64,000 nt of DNA from an uncultured delta proteobacterium (GTDB lineage Bacteria > Myxococcota > UBA727 > VGSZ01), in NCBI GenBank assembly GCA_963775425.1, contig CAVZJB010000017.1, positions 128,001-192,000 on the forward strand. The letters are read 5' to 3'. Position numbers and translations under genes: made by a program. The notes under the pieces were generated by a model. That model saw only the letters and a program-made list of their open reading frames with translations, did no database searches and was not told the DNA's origin. Of this stretch, positions 46,065 through 56,791 are shown piece after piece. Each line of letters opens with the position of its first letter. The first letter of the stretch is position 1.

Positions 46065-47028
46065 CGCAAGCCTCCCGCGCCGCGCGCACGATGTCGTCCA
46101 CCTGGGGGAGCGCCGCCTGCTCGAGGTGCGCCGGGTACGGGATGGGCGTCTCCTGCGTGCAGATGCGCACCGGCTTGGCGTCGAGCTCGTCGAAGGACAG
46201 CTCCGTGATGCGCGCGATGACCTCCGCCGCGAGGCCCACGCTCCGCCAGCCCTCGTCGACGACGATGGGTCGGTGCGTGCGCGTCACGGTGGCGGCGATG
46301 GCGTTGTCGTCGAGCGGCCGCAGCACGCGCAGGTCGAGGACGTCCGCCTCGATGCCGTCCTTCGCCAGCACCGACGCTGCCTCGAGGCACTTGTACAGGC
46401 ACGCCCCCGACGTGATCAGCGAGACGTCCTTGCCGAGCCTGCGCAGGCGCGCGCGGTCGATGTCGACGGGCCCCGCGGGCAGCTCACCCTCCATGTTGTA
46501 GAGGCCGGCGTGCTCGAAGATGAGCACCGGGTCTCGCTCCTTCATCGCGGCCGGCAACATCCAGCGCGCGTCTTCGAGCGTCGCCGGCACCAGCACGCGC
46601 AACCCGGGGACGTGAGAGAACCAGCCCTCGAAGCTGTGGCTGTGCTGCGCCGCGAGCTGGCGGCCCGCGCCCGTCGCCATGCGGATGACCACGGGGCACT
46701 CCACCTGTCCGCCCGACATGTGTCGCAGCGTCGCCGCGTTGTTCACGATCTGGTCGAGCGCGAGCAACGCGAAGTTGCACGTCATGACCTCGGCGATCGG
46801 GCGCATGCCGCCCATGGCGGCGCCGATGCCCGCGCCGACGATGGCGGACTCGGACAGCGGCGTGTCGCGCACGCGCTCGGGCCCGAGCTCGGCGAGGAGC
46901 CCCTTGGTCACCGCGTAGCAGCCGCCGTAGGAGCCGACGTCCTCGCCCATCAGGAACGCCTTGGGGTCGTCGAGGAGCGCCTGGCGAATGGCCTGCTTGC
47001 AGCACTCACGGTACGTCGTCGTCGTCAT
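46057..47028 (-). CDS. pdhB: Pyruvate dehydrogenase E1 beta subunit
   Basis: MGEDVG; RVRDTPLSE; AAQHSHS. Confidence 0.93.
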   Translation of the reverse strand: MTTTTYRECCKQAIRQALLDDPKAFLMGEDVGSYGGCYAVTKGLLAELGPERVRDTPLSESAIVGAGIGAAMGGMRPIAEVMTCNFALLALDQIVNNAATLRHMSGGQVECPVVIRMATGAGRQLAAQHSHSFEGWFSHVPGLRVLVPATLEDARWMLPAAMKERDPVLIFEHAGLYNMEGELPAGPVDIDRARLRRLGKDVSLITSGACLYKCLEAASVLAKDGIEADVLDLRVLRPLDDNAIAATVTRTHRPIVVDEGWRSVGLAAEVIARITELSFDELDAKPVRICTQETPIPYPAHLEQAALPQVDDIVRAAREACGA

Positions 47029-48008
47029 GGCCGCTCCTCTCCCGCGTCGGGCGGCGAGCCCGCGCCCGGAGATCGGGGTGCCACCACGTGCTTGAGGAGG
47101 TCGCTCACGGGCTCCCAGGTGCCGGCCTCCGCGAAGCGCACGGCCTCGTCGAGCTCCCGCTCGATGCCCGTCTCGATCTCGCGGATCACGGCGTCGCCGA
47201 GCTCCGCGGTCGCCTTCTTCAGCACCACCAGCGGGTCGCGCTCCTTCCAGCGCTCGATCTCCGCCTTGTCGCGGTAGAGCTGCGCGTCGAACATCGAGTG
47301 CGCGCGGAAGCGATAGGTGCGCATCTCGAGGAACACCGGCGCGCCCGCGCGCACCTCGGGGATCGCGCGCTCCGCCGCCGCCAACACCGCCGTGATGTCC
47401 ATGCCGTCCACGGTCTCGGCTCGAACCCGGTAGCTGCGCGCCTTGGCCGCAAGGTCCTGCTGGGACTCGTCGATCTCGAGCGCCGAGCCCATCGCGTAGA
47501 GGTTGTTCTCGCAGACGAAGAGCACCGGCAGCCGCCACAGAGACGCCAGGTTCAACGACTCGTGGAACTCACCCTCGGCGACGGCGCCTTCACCGAAGAA
47601 GCACGCCGTCACGCGGGGGCGCTTCTGCATCTTGTCGGCGAGAGCAAGGCCGACGGCGATGGGCAAGCCGCCGCCGACGATGGCGTTGCCGCCGTAGAAG
47701 TGGCGGCCGACGTCGAAGACGTGCATGGAGCCGCCGCGCCCGCCGCTCACGCCCTCGCGCTTGCCGAAGAGCTCGGCCATCAGGCGGTCGGCGGGGACGC
47801 CGCGGGCGAGCGCCTGCCCGTGGTCACGGTACGTGGCGACCACGGCGTCGTCGTCGCCGAGCGTGCGGCAGACGCCGACGGCGACCGCCTCCTGCCCGTC
47901 GTAGAGGTGGAGGAAGCCGCGGATCTTGCCCGCGCTGTAGAGTTCCGCCGCGCGGGCCTCGAAGCGGCGGATGCGCGCCATCTCCCGGTACAGCTCCACG
48001 GGGGTCAT
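47025..48008 (-). CDS. pdhA: Pyruvate dehydrogenase E1 alpha subunit
   Basis: [11 protein letters not shown]; GRGGSMH; FFGEGA...ENN; YRFRAHSM. Confidence 0.95.
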   Translation of the reverse strand: MTPVELYREMARIRRFEARAAELYSAGKIRGFLHLYDGQEAVAVGVCRTLGDDDAVVATYRDHGQALARGVPADRLMAELFGKREGVSGGRGGSMHVFDVGRHFYGGNAIVGGGLPIAVGLALADKMQKRPRVTACFFGEGAVAEGEFHESLNLASLWRLPVLFVCENNLYAMGSALEIDESQQDLAAKARSYRVRAETVDGMDITAVLAAAERAIPEVRAGAPVFLEMRTYRFRAHSMFDAQLYRDKAEIERWKERDPLVVLKKATAELGDAVIREIETGIERELDEAVRFAEAGTWEPVSDLLKHVVAPRSPGAGSPPDAGEERP

Positions 48009-49726
48009 GACTTGCCCTCGAGCGTCGACGTGTCGCCCTCGGGGAGCCCCAGCTCGCGCGCGCGCAGCAGGCGCCGCATGATCTTGCCGCTGCGGGTCTT
48101 GGGGAGGTCGGCGACGATGTCGATCTCCTTGGGCGACACCGCCGGCCCGAGGCGCTTGCGCGCGAAGCCGAGCAGGTCCGTCCGCACGTCGTCACCGGCG
48201 GGCGTTCCGGGCTTCAACACCACGAACGCCTTGAGCACGTTGCCCGCGATGGGATCCGGCTTGCCGATGACCGCGGCCTCCGCCACGGCCGCGTGCTCCA
48301 TCAGCGCGCTCTCGACCTCGAACGGGCCCACCAGGTGGCCCGACGTCTTTACGACGTCGTCGGCGCGCCCGACGAACCAGAAGTAGCCGTCGTCGTCCCT
48401 GCGCGCGAGGTCGCCGCTCAGGTACCAGCCGCCGGCGAAGCACTTGTCGTAGCGCGCCTCGTCGTGGAGGTAGCCGCGGAACATCGAGGGCCAGCCGCGC
48501 TTGAGCGCGAGCTCACCCTCGCCATTGCCTGCGACGACCTCGACGACGTCGCCGTCGCGGCGGACGATGGCGGCCTCGACGCCGGGGACGGGCTTTCCCA
48601 TGGACCCGGGCTTGATGGGCATCGACGCGAAGTTCGCGATCATGATGCCGCCCGTCTCCGTCTGCCACCAGTTGTCGTGGAACGGCAGCCCGAGCACGTC
48701 ATTGCCCCACCACACGGCCTCCGGGTTGAGCGGCTCACCGACGCTGCCGGCGAAGCGCAGCGCGGAGAGATCGAAGCGCGCCGGCAGCTCGGGCCCCGCC
48801 TTCATCAACATGCGGATCGCCGTGGGCGCCGTGTACCAGACGCTGACCTTCTGCTCGGCGAGGATGCGGTACCAGCGCTCGGCGTCGAAGTCGGCCGCGT
48901 CGATGATGGAGGTCACGCCGCACGTGAGCGGCGCGATGATGCCGTAGGACGTGCCGGTGACCCAGCCGGGATCGGCGGTGCACCAAAAGACGTCGTCGTC
49001 GTGCAGGTCGAGGACGAGCCGGCCCGTGAGGTGATGGACCACCACGGCCTCGTGGACATGCACCGCCCCCTTGGGCGTGCCGGTGGTGCCGCTCGTGAAG
49101 TGGAGCAGCGCGGGCTCGCTCTTGTCGGTGGCCGGGATCTCGAAGCGAGCGTCCGCGCGCGCGAGCAGCCCGGGCAGCTCCTCGTCGACGATGATGACGT
49201 GCTCGAGCGTCGGCACCTGGTCACGCACCACGCGGACCTTGCGCTCGTACAGCCGCCGGGTGGTGACGAGCACCTTGGCCTCGCCCTTCTGCAGACGCGT
49301 GGCGAGCGGCTCCGGGCCGAACTGCGAAAACAGCGGGGAGAACACGCTCTTGTTCTTGAGCGTGCCGATCGCCGCCGTGTACAGCTCCGGCGCGCGCCCG
49401 AGCAGCGCGAAGACGGCGTCGCCGGGGCCGACGCCGAGGCTCCGCAGCGCGTTGGCGAAGCGGTTGCTCTGTTCGGCGAGGGCGGCGTAGGTGACGTCGA
49501 CGGCGGCGCCGTCCTTTTCGATGAAGCGCAGGGCGACCTTGTGCGCGAGCGGCCCCGCGGCGTGCCTGTCCACGGCCTCGTACGCGATGTTCAGGCCGCG
49601 ACCGCCGGGGAGGCCGCTGATGCCGGAGGTCCAGCGGACGTCGGCGCGGAGGCGCTCGATGTCCGGCGCGTTGGGGGAAACGCGCATGCGCGCGCGACTC
49701 TTTTCGATGAGCGCAGGTCTCGTCAT
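48005..49726 (-). CDS. acsA: Acetate--CoA ligase
   Basis: [11 protein letters not shown]; TADPGWVTG; DNWWQTETG; [12 protein letters not shown]. Confidence 0.95.
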   Translation of the reverse strand: MTRPALIEKSRARMRVSPNAPDIERLRADVRWTSGISGLPGGRGLNIAYEAVDRHAAGPLAHKVALRFIEKDGAAVDVTYAALAEQSNRFANALRSLGVGPGDAVFALLGRAPELYTAAIGTLKNKSVFSPLFSQFGPEPLATRLQKGEAKVLVTTRRLYERKVRVVRDQVPTLEHVIIVDEELPGLLARADARFEIPATDKSEPALLHFTSGTTGTPKGAVHVHEAVVVHHLTGRLVLDLHDDDVFWCTADPGWVTGTSYGIIAPLTCGVTSIIDAADFDAERWYRILAEQKVSVWYTAPTAIRMLMKAGPELPARFDLSALRFAGSVGEPLNPEAVWWGNDVLGLPFHDNWWQTETGGIMIANFASMPIKPGSMGKPVPGVEAAIVRRDGDVVEVVAGNGEGELALKRGWPSMFRGYLHDEARYDKCFAGGWYLSGDLARRDDDGYFWFVGRADDVVKTSGHLVGPFEVESALMEHAAVAEAAVIGKPDPIAGNVLKAFVVLKPGTPAGDDVRTDLLGFARKRLGPAVSPKEIDIVADLPKTRSGKIMRRLLRARELGLPEGDTSTLEGKS

Positions 49727-49878
49727 GCCGCGCGTGGATCGAGATTCGTGCCAGCGCGCGGCGGAGCCCCTGCCTGCGCTCTGCGCGCGGCCTTGTGGCG
49801 GCCCACACAGCAAGCGTGCGGTCGCGCACCACGCCGCGCGGCCCGCCGGACGGGCACGCGCCCCAGGCGGCGCGGTGG

Positions 49879-49894
49879 CGGCCCGATCGTTGCT
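49879..49894 (+). promoter_or_regulatory. Sigma54 promoter candidate
   Basis: CGGCCCG-ATCG-TTGCT upstream of the USP gene. Confidence 0.55.
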
Positions 49895-49920
49895 TTCAGG
49901 GCCGGAGGCAGGAGGACCGC

Positions 49921-50730
49921 ATGAGCATCGTCGTCGCCACCGACTTCTCCGACAGCGCCCGCGTCGCCGCCGACGTCGGCGCGCGCATCGCCAAGGCGCT
50001 CGACGAGCCTTTGATCCTCGTGCACGCCCAGGAGCACGGCGACGACGGCGGCGTCCGCGCCCGCGCGCGCCTGGCCGAGGAGGTCGACCGCGTCGCCGAC
50101 TTCGGGCCGCGCCAATGCGAGGCCATGCTGCGCTCGGGACCGATCGTGCCGGCGCTGCGGGCGGCGGTGGAGGCCCTGGCGCCGCGCATCGTCATCGTCG
50201 GGGCGCAGGGCGCGGCGGTGCGGGGGGTCCTCGGGACCGTCGCGAGCGCGCTGGCGGCGCGCGTGCCGTCACCGGTGCTGGTGGTGCGCGACGGCGCGCG
50301 GCTGGTGCGCTTCTTCGACGAGCAGAAGACGCTGCGGGCGCTCCTGCCCTACGCCCTCGACGCGAGCTCGCAAGCGGCGCGCGACGCGTTCATCGAGGTG
50401 GCGCGCCTCGGCAAGGTGCAGGGGATCGTCGCGCACTTCTCCTTCCCGCCCGCGGGTCAAGGCCCGCTCGCCTCGGACGTGCGCTCCTTCCTCGCCCGCG
50501 ACGTGAAGGAGAGCCTCGGGGACGTCCCCGGCGCACACATCGTGGTGCGAGACAGCTACGGCGCGCTCGACGGGCACATCTGCGACCTCGCGGGCGAGAT
50601 GGACGTCGACTTGATCGTCGTCGGCACGCACCAGCGGCGCCACGTTGATTGGGTGACCGAGGGCTCCATCGCGGGCGGCGTCCTCAAGCACGCCCCGGTG
50701 AGCGTCCTCGTGGCCCCGCTCGTGCGCTGA
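49921..50730 (+). CDS. Tandem-domain universal stress protein
   Basis: [10 protein letters not shown]; LGTVAS; VVGTHQR...GSIAGGVL. Confidence 0.9.
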   Translation: MSIVVATDFSDSARVAADVGARIAKALDEPLILVHAQEHGDDGGVRARARLAEEVDRVADFGPRQCEAMLRSGPIVPALRAAVEALAPRIVIVGAQGAAVRGVLGTVASALAARVPSPVLVVRDGARLVRFFDEQKTLRALLPYALDASSQAARDAFIEVARLGKVQGIVAHFSFPPAGQGPLASDVRSFLARDVKESLGDVPGAHIVVRDSYGALDGHICDLAGEMDVDLIVVGTHQRRHVDWVTEGSIAGGVLKHAPVSVLVAPLVR

Positions 50731-50733
50731 CGA

Positions 50734-51918
50734 TCAGCCGACGGCTGCCGGCAACCAGAGCGTGAAGCGGGCGCCGCCCTCCGGGGGCGACGCCACCTTC
50801 AGCGTGCCGCCGCGGCGCTGGGCGAGCTCCTTCACCATGGCGAGGCCGAGGCCCGTGCCCTCCTTGCCCTTGGTGGTGAAGAAGCTCTCGAAGATCTTGT
50901 CGCGCAGCTCGTCGGGGACGCCGGGGCCGTCGTCGATGACCTCGACTGCGGCGCCGCCGTTGTTCTCGCGCAACACCACGGTGACGGTGCCGCCGCAGTC
51001 GGCGACGGCGTCGATGGCGTTCAGCACGAGGTTGGTCACGGCGGCGACGGCGTCGGCGATCTCGACGCGCACGCGGGGCGCCTCGTGCGCCTCCACGACG
51101 AGGGCCACCGCGTTGGCGGCCTGCGCGGCGCGGGGCCGGCACAGGCCCACGGCGTCGTCGATGATGCTGTGCAGACCGGTGAGCTCGCTCTCGTCATCCG
51201 CGCCGAGCTTGCTGAACGCGCGCAGGCGCTCGACGATGCCGAGCCCCGTCTGCAACGGCCGCCGCATCCCCTGCACGCGCTCCGTGAACGCGGCGACGTC
51301 GTAGTTGCCGCGCGACAGGACCTCGATCTGCATGAGCAGCGGGCCGACGACGTTCTTGAGGTCGTGGGCGATGCCGGCCGCCATGCCGCCGATGGCCCGC
51401 AGCTTCTCCGCATGCCCCAGCGCGCGGCGCGACGCCTTGAGCTCCTCGTAGGCGCGCTCGAGCTCCTCACGCTCCTTGGCCCGCAGCAGCGTCGAGGCCG
51501 TGATGTCGACCACGGCTGCCGCGAGGCTCATCTGCTCGTCGTCCACCATGGAGCCGGGGTCGAACAGGACGAGCACCCCGTACAAGCCGCCGCCGGCGAC
51601 GAGCGGGAGCTGCTCGACCGCGGCGAAGCGCCCCTGGGCACACGCGAGGAAGTGCTCGCCGAGCGGCGCACCGAGGTCGTCGAGGGCTACCCCGATGGTG
51701 CTGGTGTCCCCGAACCCTCGCTGCGCCACCACCCCGGGCCGCCCCTGCTCGTCGAGCTGCACGAGGACGGCTGCGGCGGCCGCCAGGAGCTCGACGGCCG
51801 TGTCCACGAGCAGCGTCTGCAGCTCGGTGGAGGTCGGCGCCGTCGCGAGGAGCCTCGCGAAGCGAGCCAGGGCATCAATTGAACGAGACACTGCTTCGGT
51901 TACCTGCCTATTTCGCAT
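50734..51918 (-). CDS. GAF-domain sensor histidine kinase
   Basis: IAHDLKN; NLVLNAIDA; DDGPG; FFTTKG; GTGLGL. Confidence 0.9.
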   Translation of the reverse strand: MRNRQVTEAVSRSIDALARFARLLATAPTSTELQTLLVDTAVELLAAAAAVLVQLDEQGRPGVVAQRGFGDTSTIGVALDDLGAPLGEHFLACAQGRFAAVEQLPLVAGGGLYGVLVLFDPGSMVDDEQMSLAAAVVDITASTLLRAKEREELERAYEELKASRRALGHAEKLRAIGGMAAGIAHDLKNVVGPLLMQIEVLSRGNYDVAAFTERVQGMRRPLQTGLGIVERLRAFSKLGADDESELTGLHSIIDDAVGLCRPRAAQAANAVALVVEAHEAPRVRVEIADAVAAVTNLVLNAIDAVADCGGTVTVVLRENNGGAAVEVIDDGPGVPDELRDKIFESFFTTKGKEGTGLGLAMVKELAQRRGGTLKVASPPEGGARFTLWLPAAVG

Positions 51919-51956
51919 ATGACACGGGCGTCCAGCAGGCAAGCACAGGAGATCCC

Positions 51957-52871
51957 GTGGCCGAGCCCGATTACATGGTCTTGTTGAAGCTCGACGAGGC
52001 CGAGCTGCAGAGCCGTCGTGCTTTTTTCGAGATCACCGACGAGGACCTCGCCCTGCTCGCGTCGATGCACGGCTTCGCCGAGAAGCACATGGACGAGTTC
52101 GTCCAGGAGCTCTACGTTCTCATCCTCGGCCACGCGGAGTCGCGCCGCGCGTTCCCCAACGACAGCGTGCTGCGGCACGTGCAGCGCGCGCAAAAGGAGT
52201 ATTTCCTCGGCGTCTTCGCGGGCAAATGCGACCTCAACTACGTCGAGAATCGCTTGCGCATCGGCATCGCCCACGAGCGCGTGGGCATCGCGCCCAAGTG
52301 GTACATCGGCGCGTACGGCCGCTACCTGCGGCTGCTCCTCGCCCGGCTCGTCCGCGACGTCCCCGAGCCCGGCATGGCCCACAAGGTCTTCGCCGCCGCC
52401 ACCAAGCTCATCGCGTTCGACATGGCCCTGGCCATGGACACGTACATCGCGGCGCAGCTCGACACCATCAATCGCCACCAGGCCGCCATCCGCGAGCTGT
52501 CCACGCCGGTCATCCAGGTGCACGCCAAGGTGCTGCTGCTCCCTCTCGTCGGCACCGTCGATACGCAGCGAGCGGAACAGGTGATGGAGGCCGTGCTCAC
52601 CAAGGTGGTCGAGCACCAGGCCGCCGTCGTCATCACCGACATCGCCGGCGTCGCCGTCGTCGACACCAAGGTCGCCGACCACCTCCTGCAGACCACGGAG
52701 GCGGTCCGCTTGCTGGGCGCCGAGAGCATCCTGACGGGCATCTCGCCGCTGGTCGCCAAGACCATCGTCAAGCTCGGCATCGACATCACCGCGATGCACA
52801 CGAGGAGCCGCCTGGCCCAGGGGATCGAGCTCGCGCTGCAACTCGTGCGGGAGCGCGGGGAGGACGCGTGA
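51957..52871 (+). CDS. rsbR: RsbR-like stressosome sensor (protoglobin + STAS)
   Basis: YVENRLRIGIAHERVG (globin); IRELSTPVI...PLVGTVDTQRA...DIAGVAVVDT (STAS). Confidence 0.9.
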   Translation: MAEPDYMVLLKLDEAELQSRRAFFEITDEDLALLASMHGFAEKHMDEFVQELYVLILGHAESRRAFPNDSVLRHVQRAQKEYFLGVFAGKCDLNYVENRLRIGIAHERVGIAPKWYIGAYGRYLRLLLARLVRDVPEPGMAHKVFAAATKLIAFDMALAMDTYIAAQLDTINRHQAAIRELSTPVIQVHAKVLLLPLVGTVDTQRAEQVMEAVLTKVVEHQAAVVITDIAGVAVVDTKVADHLLQTTEAVRLLGAESILTGISPLVAKTIVKLGIDITAMHTRSRLAQGIELALQLVRERGEDA

Positions 52872-53233
52872 GCCCCATCCCGATCCTCCGGGTCGGCGGC
52901 TCGCTGCTCGTGACGGTGCAGGTCGATCTGAAGGACACGCTCGCCGACGCGTTCCAGGAGGACGTGCTGAGGGCCCTAGACGCTTCGGACGCCTCCGGCC
53001 TCGTCATCGACATCACCGGCCTCGACTTCGTCGACAGCTACGTCGCGCGCGTGCTCGCTGAGACCGGCAAGATGGCCAAGCTCATGGGGGCGAACACCGT
53101 TCTCGTCGGCATGCGGCCCACGGTGGCGGCCACGCTCGTGCGCATGGGCTTTCACATGGAGGGCGTGACGACCGCCCTCGACGTCGACGCCGGCCTCCTG
53201 CGCCTCGACAAGCTTCGGTCCGAGGAGCGATGA
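52868..53233 (+). CDS. rsbS: RsbS-like STAS protein
   Basis: IPILRV...IDITGLDFVDSY...LMGANTVLVGMRP. Confidence 0.9.
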   Translation: MSPIPILRVGGSLLVTVQVDLKDTLADAFQEDVLRALDASDASGLVIDITGLDFVDSYVARVLAETGKMAKLMGANTVLVGMRPTVAATLVRMGFHMEGVTTALDVDAGLLRLDKLRSEER

Positions 53234-53646
53234 CCGCGACGGTCCTTTCCGAGGAGAACCTGCCCATCTCGTGCGAGGATGACGTCGTCGTCGTTCGCAC
53301 CAAGGCGCGCGAGCTTGCCGAGCGCGTCGGCTTCAATCCGTTCGCCACCGCCGCCATTGTCACCGCCACGTCCGAGCTCGCGCGCAACGCCTGGCGCCAC
53401 GCGCGGACCGGCACCGCGCTCGTGTGCGTCATCGAAGAGCGCGGACGCACGGGCGTGCGTGTCGACGTCGACGACCGGGGCCCGGGCATCGCCGACCTCG
53501 AGCGCGCGCTCGCCGGGGGCAATTCCACGGTGCGCAGCCTCGGCCTCGGCCTCGCGGGAAGCAGGCGCCTGGCGGACGACTTCTCCATCGAGTCCGTCGT
53601 CGGCAAGGGCACCCACGTGAGCTTCACCAAGTGGAAGCGTCGCTGA
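53230..53646 (+). CDS. rsbT: RsbT-like Ser/Thr kinase
   Basis: ATSELARN; DRGPGIADL; SLGLGLAGSRRL. Confidence 0.9.
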   Translation: MTATVLSEENLPISCEDDVVVVRTKARELAERVGFNPFATAAIVTATSELARNAWRHARTGTALVCVIEERGRTGVRVDVDDRGPGIADLERALAGGNSTVRSLGLGLAGSRRLADDFSIESVVGKGTHVSFTKWKRR

Positions 53647-54650
53647 TCGACGTCTGGCTCCCCGAGCCAGACGTCCTGATCCTCGACGAGGCTTCCGTGG
53701 CGGTGGCGCGCGAGCGCGTGCGCGCGGTGGCGAAGGAGGCATCCCTGCCGGTGCTCCTCGGTGAGACCATGGCGCTCGTCGCCAGCGAGCTCTTGCACAA
53801 CCACCTGCGCCACGCCTCGGGCGGCCGCTTCCTCGTCCGCGTCATCGAGAGGGACGGTGTGCGCGGGCTGGAGGTCATCGCCGCCGACCGCGGCGCCGGC
53901 GTCGAAGACCCGGCCGCGGCCATCGAGGGCGCGCACGCGCGGACGAGCACGAAGCCGTCGAGCCTGGGCGCCGGCCTGGGCGCCGTGTTCCGCTTGAGCG
54001 ACGAGGTCGACGTCGACATTCGCGTCGGCGAGGGCACCTGCATCCGCGCGCGCAAGCTCGAGCAGCCGCCGCGCTTTCGCTCGGAGGTGGGCATCTACGC
54101 GCGGCCCTGCCCCGGCGAGCGCACCTCCGGCGACGACGCCCTGTTCGTGCGCGACGGCGGTTGTCTCGCGCTCGTCGTCGCCGACGGGCTCGGCCACGGC
54201 ACCAAGGCGCGGACGGGGGCGGCGCGGGCGGCGGCCCTCGCGAGCGTGTCGCGCGCGCCCGACGAGACGCTCCAGGAAGCGGAGCGCGCCCTGCAGGAGA
54301 CGCGCGGCGCCACCGTCGCCGTGATGCGCCACCAGCCACAGGCCGGGACGCTCGAGCACGCCGGCATCGGCGACGTCGCTGCGCGCGTGGAGTGCGGACG
54401 CAAGACCGTGGGGCTCCCCGGCCAGGCGGGCACGGTCGGCGTCGGCCGCATGCGCGGCAAGCGCATCCGCCTGGAGTCGGTGCCCGTCGACGCGGGCGAC
54501 TTCGTCATCGTCACCACCGACGGCGTGGCCTCCGCGGGCGGCGCCGAGCGCGTCGGCCTGCGCCACCCCATCCTCGCGGCCCACGCCCTCGTCGCCGGCT
54601 ACGGCCGCAACACCGACGACGCCCTCGCCGCCGTCGCGCGCCTCGCCTGA
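53631..54650 (+). CDS. RsbX-like HATPase + SpoIIE/PP2C phosphatase
   Basis: ASELLHN...DRGAG; SGDD; VADGLGHG; TDG; DDA. Confidence 0.85.
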   Translation: MEASLIDVWLPEPDVLILDEASVAVARERVRAVAKEASLPVLLGETMALVASELLHNHLRHASGGRFLVRVIERDGVRGLEVIAADRGAGVEDPAAAIEGAHARTSTKPSSLGAGLGAVFRLSDEVDVDIRVGEGTCIRARKLEQPPRFRSEVGIYARPCPGERTSGDDALFVRDGGCLALVVADGLGHGTKARTGAARAAALASVSRAPDETLQEAERALQETRGATVAVMRHQPQAGTLEHAGIGDVAARVECGRKTVGLPGQAGTVGVGRMRGKRIRLESVPVDAGDFVIVTTDGVASAGGAERVGLRHPILAAHALVAGYGRNTDDALAAVARLA

Positions 54651-54665
54651 CCACCCCGTGAGGAC

Positions 54666-55499
54666 TCACAGGCCGAGCGAGCGCAGGGTCGCGTCGACGT
54701 CGGCCACGTAGCCGCCGCCGAAGAGCCGCACGTGCACCATCAGCGGCCACAGCCGGTACACGCGCGCGCGAACGTCGCGTCCCGGGCGCGGCGGGCGCCG
54801 CTCGAAGTAGGCGGGCCAGAACGCGCCGTCGGCGCCGAAGAGGTCGAGCAGCGAGAGATCGAGCTCGGCGTCGCAGAAGCAGGGCGCGGGATCGACGAGG
54901 GCGACGACGTCGCCGCCCTTGCACAGCACGTTGCCGCTCCAGAGGTCGCCGTGGACGAGGCGCGGGCGATCCGGGGCGTCGATGACCTCGTCGATGCGCC
55001 TCGCGAGCGCCTCGAGCCGCCGCGCGAGCGGCGGCGGGAGAGCGTCGACGAAGGCGAGCAGCCGATGCTCGGCGAAGAACGCCGGCCACGAGGCGGTCCA
55101 CGGGTTTCGCTGCACCAGCCCGCCGATGGCGGTGTCCTCTTCGAAGCCGAAGCGGGCCGCCGTGACGTCGTGCAACCTGTCGAGCACGGCCGCCAGCGAC
55201 ACCGGCGCGCCCGGCCGCCCATCGACGCGCTCCATCACCAGCGCGCGCGCGGTGACCGCCACGACGCGCGGCACCGGCGCGTGCGCCGCGAGGAAGCGCA
55301 GCGTGCGCGCCTCGAGCTCCGTGGCTGACGGCCCCTCGTGGCTCCCTCGAGGGCGCTCATCGAGCTTGGCGACGAGGCCGTCCACCTCGAGGACGGGGCC
55401 GGTGTGTCCGTGCGCGAGCGTGCGCCACGCGCCCGGCGGGCGACCGAGGGCCTCGGCGAGGGCCCCGCCGATGGATGCGGCGCGGGCGTCGTCGCGCAT
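54666..55499 (-). CDS. Fructosamine kinase family protein
   Basis: FGFEEDTAIG; LVHGDLWSGN; VDPA...ELDL. Confidence 0.9.
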   Translation of the reverse strand: MRDDARAASIGGALAEALGRPPGAWRTLAHGHTGPVLEVDGLVAKLDERPRGSHEGPSATELEARTLRFLAAHAPVPRVVAVTARALVMERVDGRPGAPVSLAAVLDRLHDVTAARFGFEEDTAIGGLVQRNPWTASWPAFFAEHRLLAFVDALPPPLARRLEALARRIDEVIDAPDRPRLVHGDLWSGNVLCKGGDVVALVDPAPCFCDAELDLSLLDLFGADGAFWPAYFERRPPRPGRDVRARVYRLWPLMVHVRLFGGGYVADVDATLRSLGL

Positions 55500-55548
55500 G
55501 GCGCACTCTACCGCCGCGCGGCGCGGGCGGCGGACGGCAGGCGCGGCG

Positions 55549-56784
55549 TCACCGCGTCTCCAAGCACTCGATGGGCTTGAGGCGCGCCGCCTTCACCGCG
55601 GGCCACGCCGCCGACGCCACCGTGACGACGACGCCAATGGCGGCGAACGCGATGACCTTCTCCGGGGACAGGTCCGGGTAGATGTGCAGATCGAGCGGGA
55701 CGCCGCCGGCCTCCATGGCCTGTCCGCCCGCGAGCTTGCTGAAGTCGAGCCCATGGATGGACGCCAGCGCGTTGGCCCCCACGCCGAGCGCGGTCCCCAA
55801 AAGCACGCCGCCGACGCCGAGCAGCGACGCCTCGTACACGACGAGCGCGGCGAGCTTCTTCGGCGTGAAGCCGAGCGCGAGCATCACGCCGAGCTCCGGC
55901 AGGCGCTCGAGCACGCTCATCAGCACGGTGTTCGTGATGCCCATGGCCACGATCACCGCGATGACGATGAGCAGGATGTAAAGCCCGGCGTTGTCGTAGC
56001 GCACCCACTCGGCGAGCTGCGGCAGCGCGCGGTCCCACGACAGCACCTCGACGTCGCGCCCCGCCAGAGCCGTCTTCACCCGCGCCGTCAACGCCGACGC
56101 GTCGTGGTAGCTGCGCGTGTGCACCGAGAGCTGCGTGACGTCGCCGTCGAGCGCGAGCAGCTTCTGCGCCGTGGCGAGAGGGACGTGCGCGAAGAAGCCG
56201 TCAATCTCGTCGATGCCGACGGAGAAGATGCCCTTCACGTGAAACAGGCGGCTCTCAATCTCGCCGCCCCGCTGCGTCATCAACACCACCTTGTCGCCCA
56301 CGCTGACGCCGAGCGTCTTCGCGAGGGTCTTGCCGAGGACGATGCCGTCCGGGGCGTCGTCAAGGTAGGTGCCGGCGACGAGCTTGTCGTCGATGTCGTT
56401 GACCTGCGCCTCCGGGCCCGGCTGCACGCCCACCAGCGCCACGCCCGACGAGCCGTGCGGCGCGGTGAGCAGCCCCTGGAAGAACACCCGCTCGACGACC
56501 ACCGCGTCCTTGGGCGCCGTCGCGCGCAAGTGCGCGGCGACGGCGGCGGTGTCGGGCACGACGATGTCCACCTCGCGCTTTTGCTGCCAGCCCCTTCCCT
56601 GCACCACGACTTCGCCCGCAGTGGCCTTGATGCCGGCTTCGATCATCTGGCCGTGCGCGCCGTCGGCGAAGCCGCTCGAAAACACGAGGAGCGCCAGGCC
56701 GAACGCGATGGCGCTCGACGTGATCAGCGTGCGCCGCGTGTTTCGCAGGAGGTTTCGCACGGCCAGCTTGAGCAACAACCCCAT
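55549..56784 (-). CDS. ABC transporter permease (LolE/FtsX-like)
   Basis: LAVRNLLRNTRRT; NTVLMSVLER..ELG. Confidence 0.9.
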   Translation of the reverse strand: MGLLLKLAVRNLLRNTRRTLITSSAIAFGLALLVFSSGFADGAHGQMIEAGIKATAGEVVVQGRGWQQKREVDIVVPDTAAVAAHLRATAPKDAVVVERVFFQGLLTAPHGSSGVALVGVQPGPEAQVNDIDDKLVAGTYLDDAPDGIVLGKTLAKTLGVSVGDKVVLMTQRGGEIESRLFHVKGIFSVGIDEIDGFFAHVPLATAQKLLALDGDVTQLSVHTRSYHDASALTARVKTALAGRDVEVLSWDRALPQLAEWVRYDNAGLYILLIVIAVIVAMGITNTVLMSVLERLPELGVMLALGFTPKKLAALVVYEASLLGVGGVLLGTALGVGANALASIHGLDFSKLAGGQAMEAGGVPLDLHIYPDLSPEKVIAFAAIGVVVTVASAAWPAVKAARLKPIECLETR

Positions 56785-56791
56785 GGCGACC

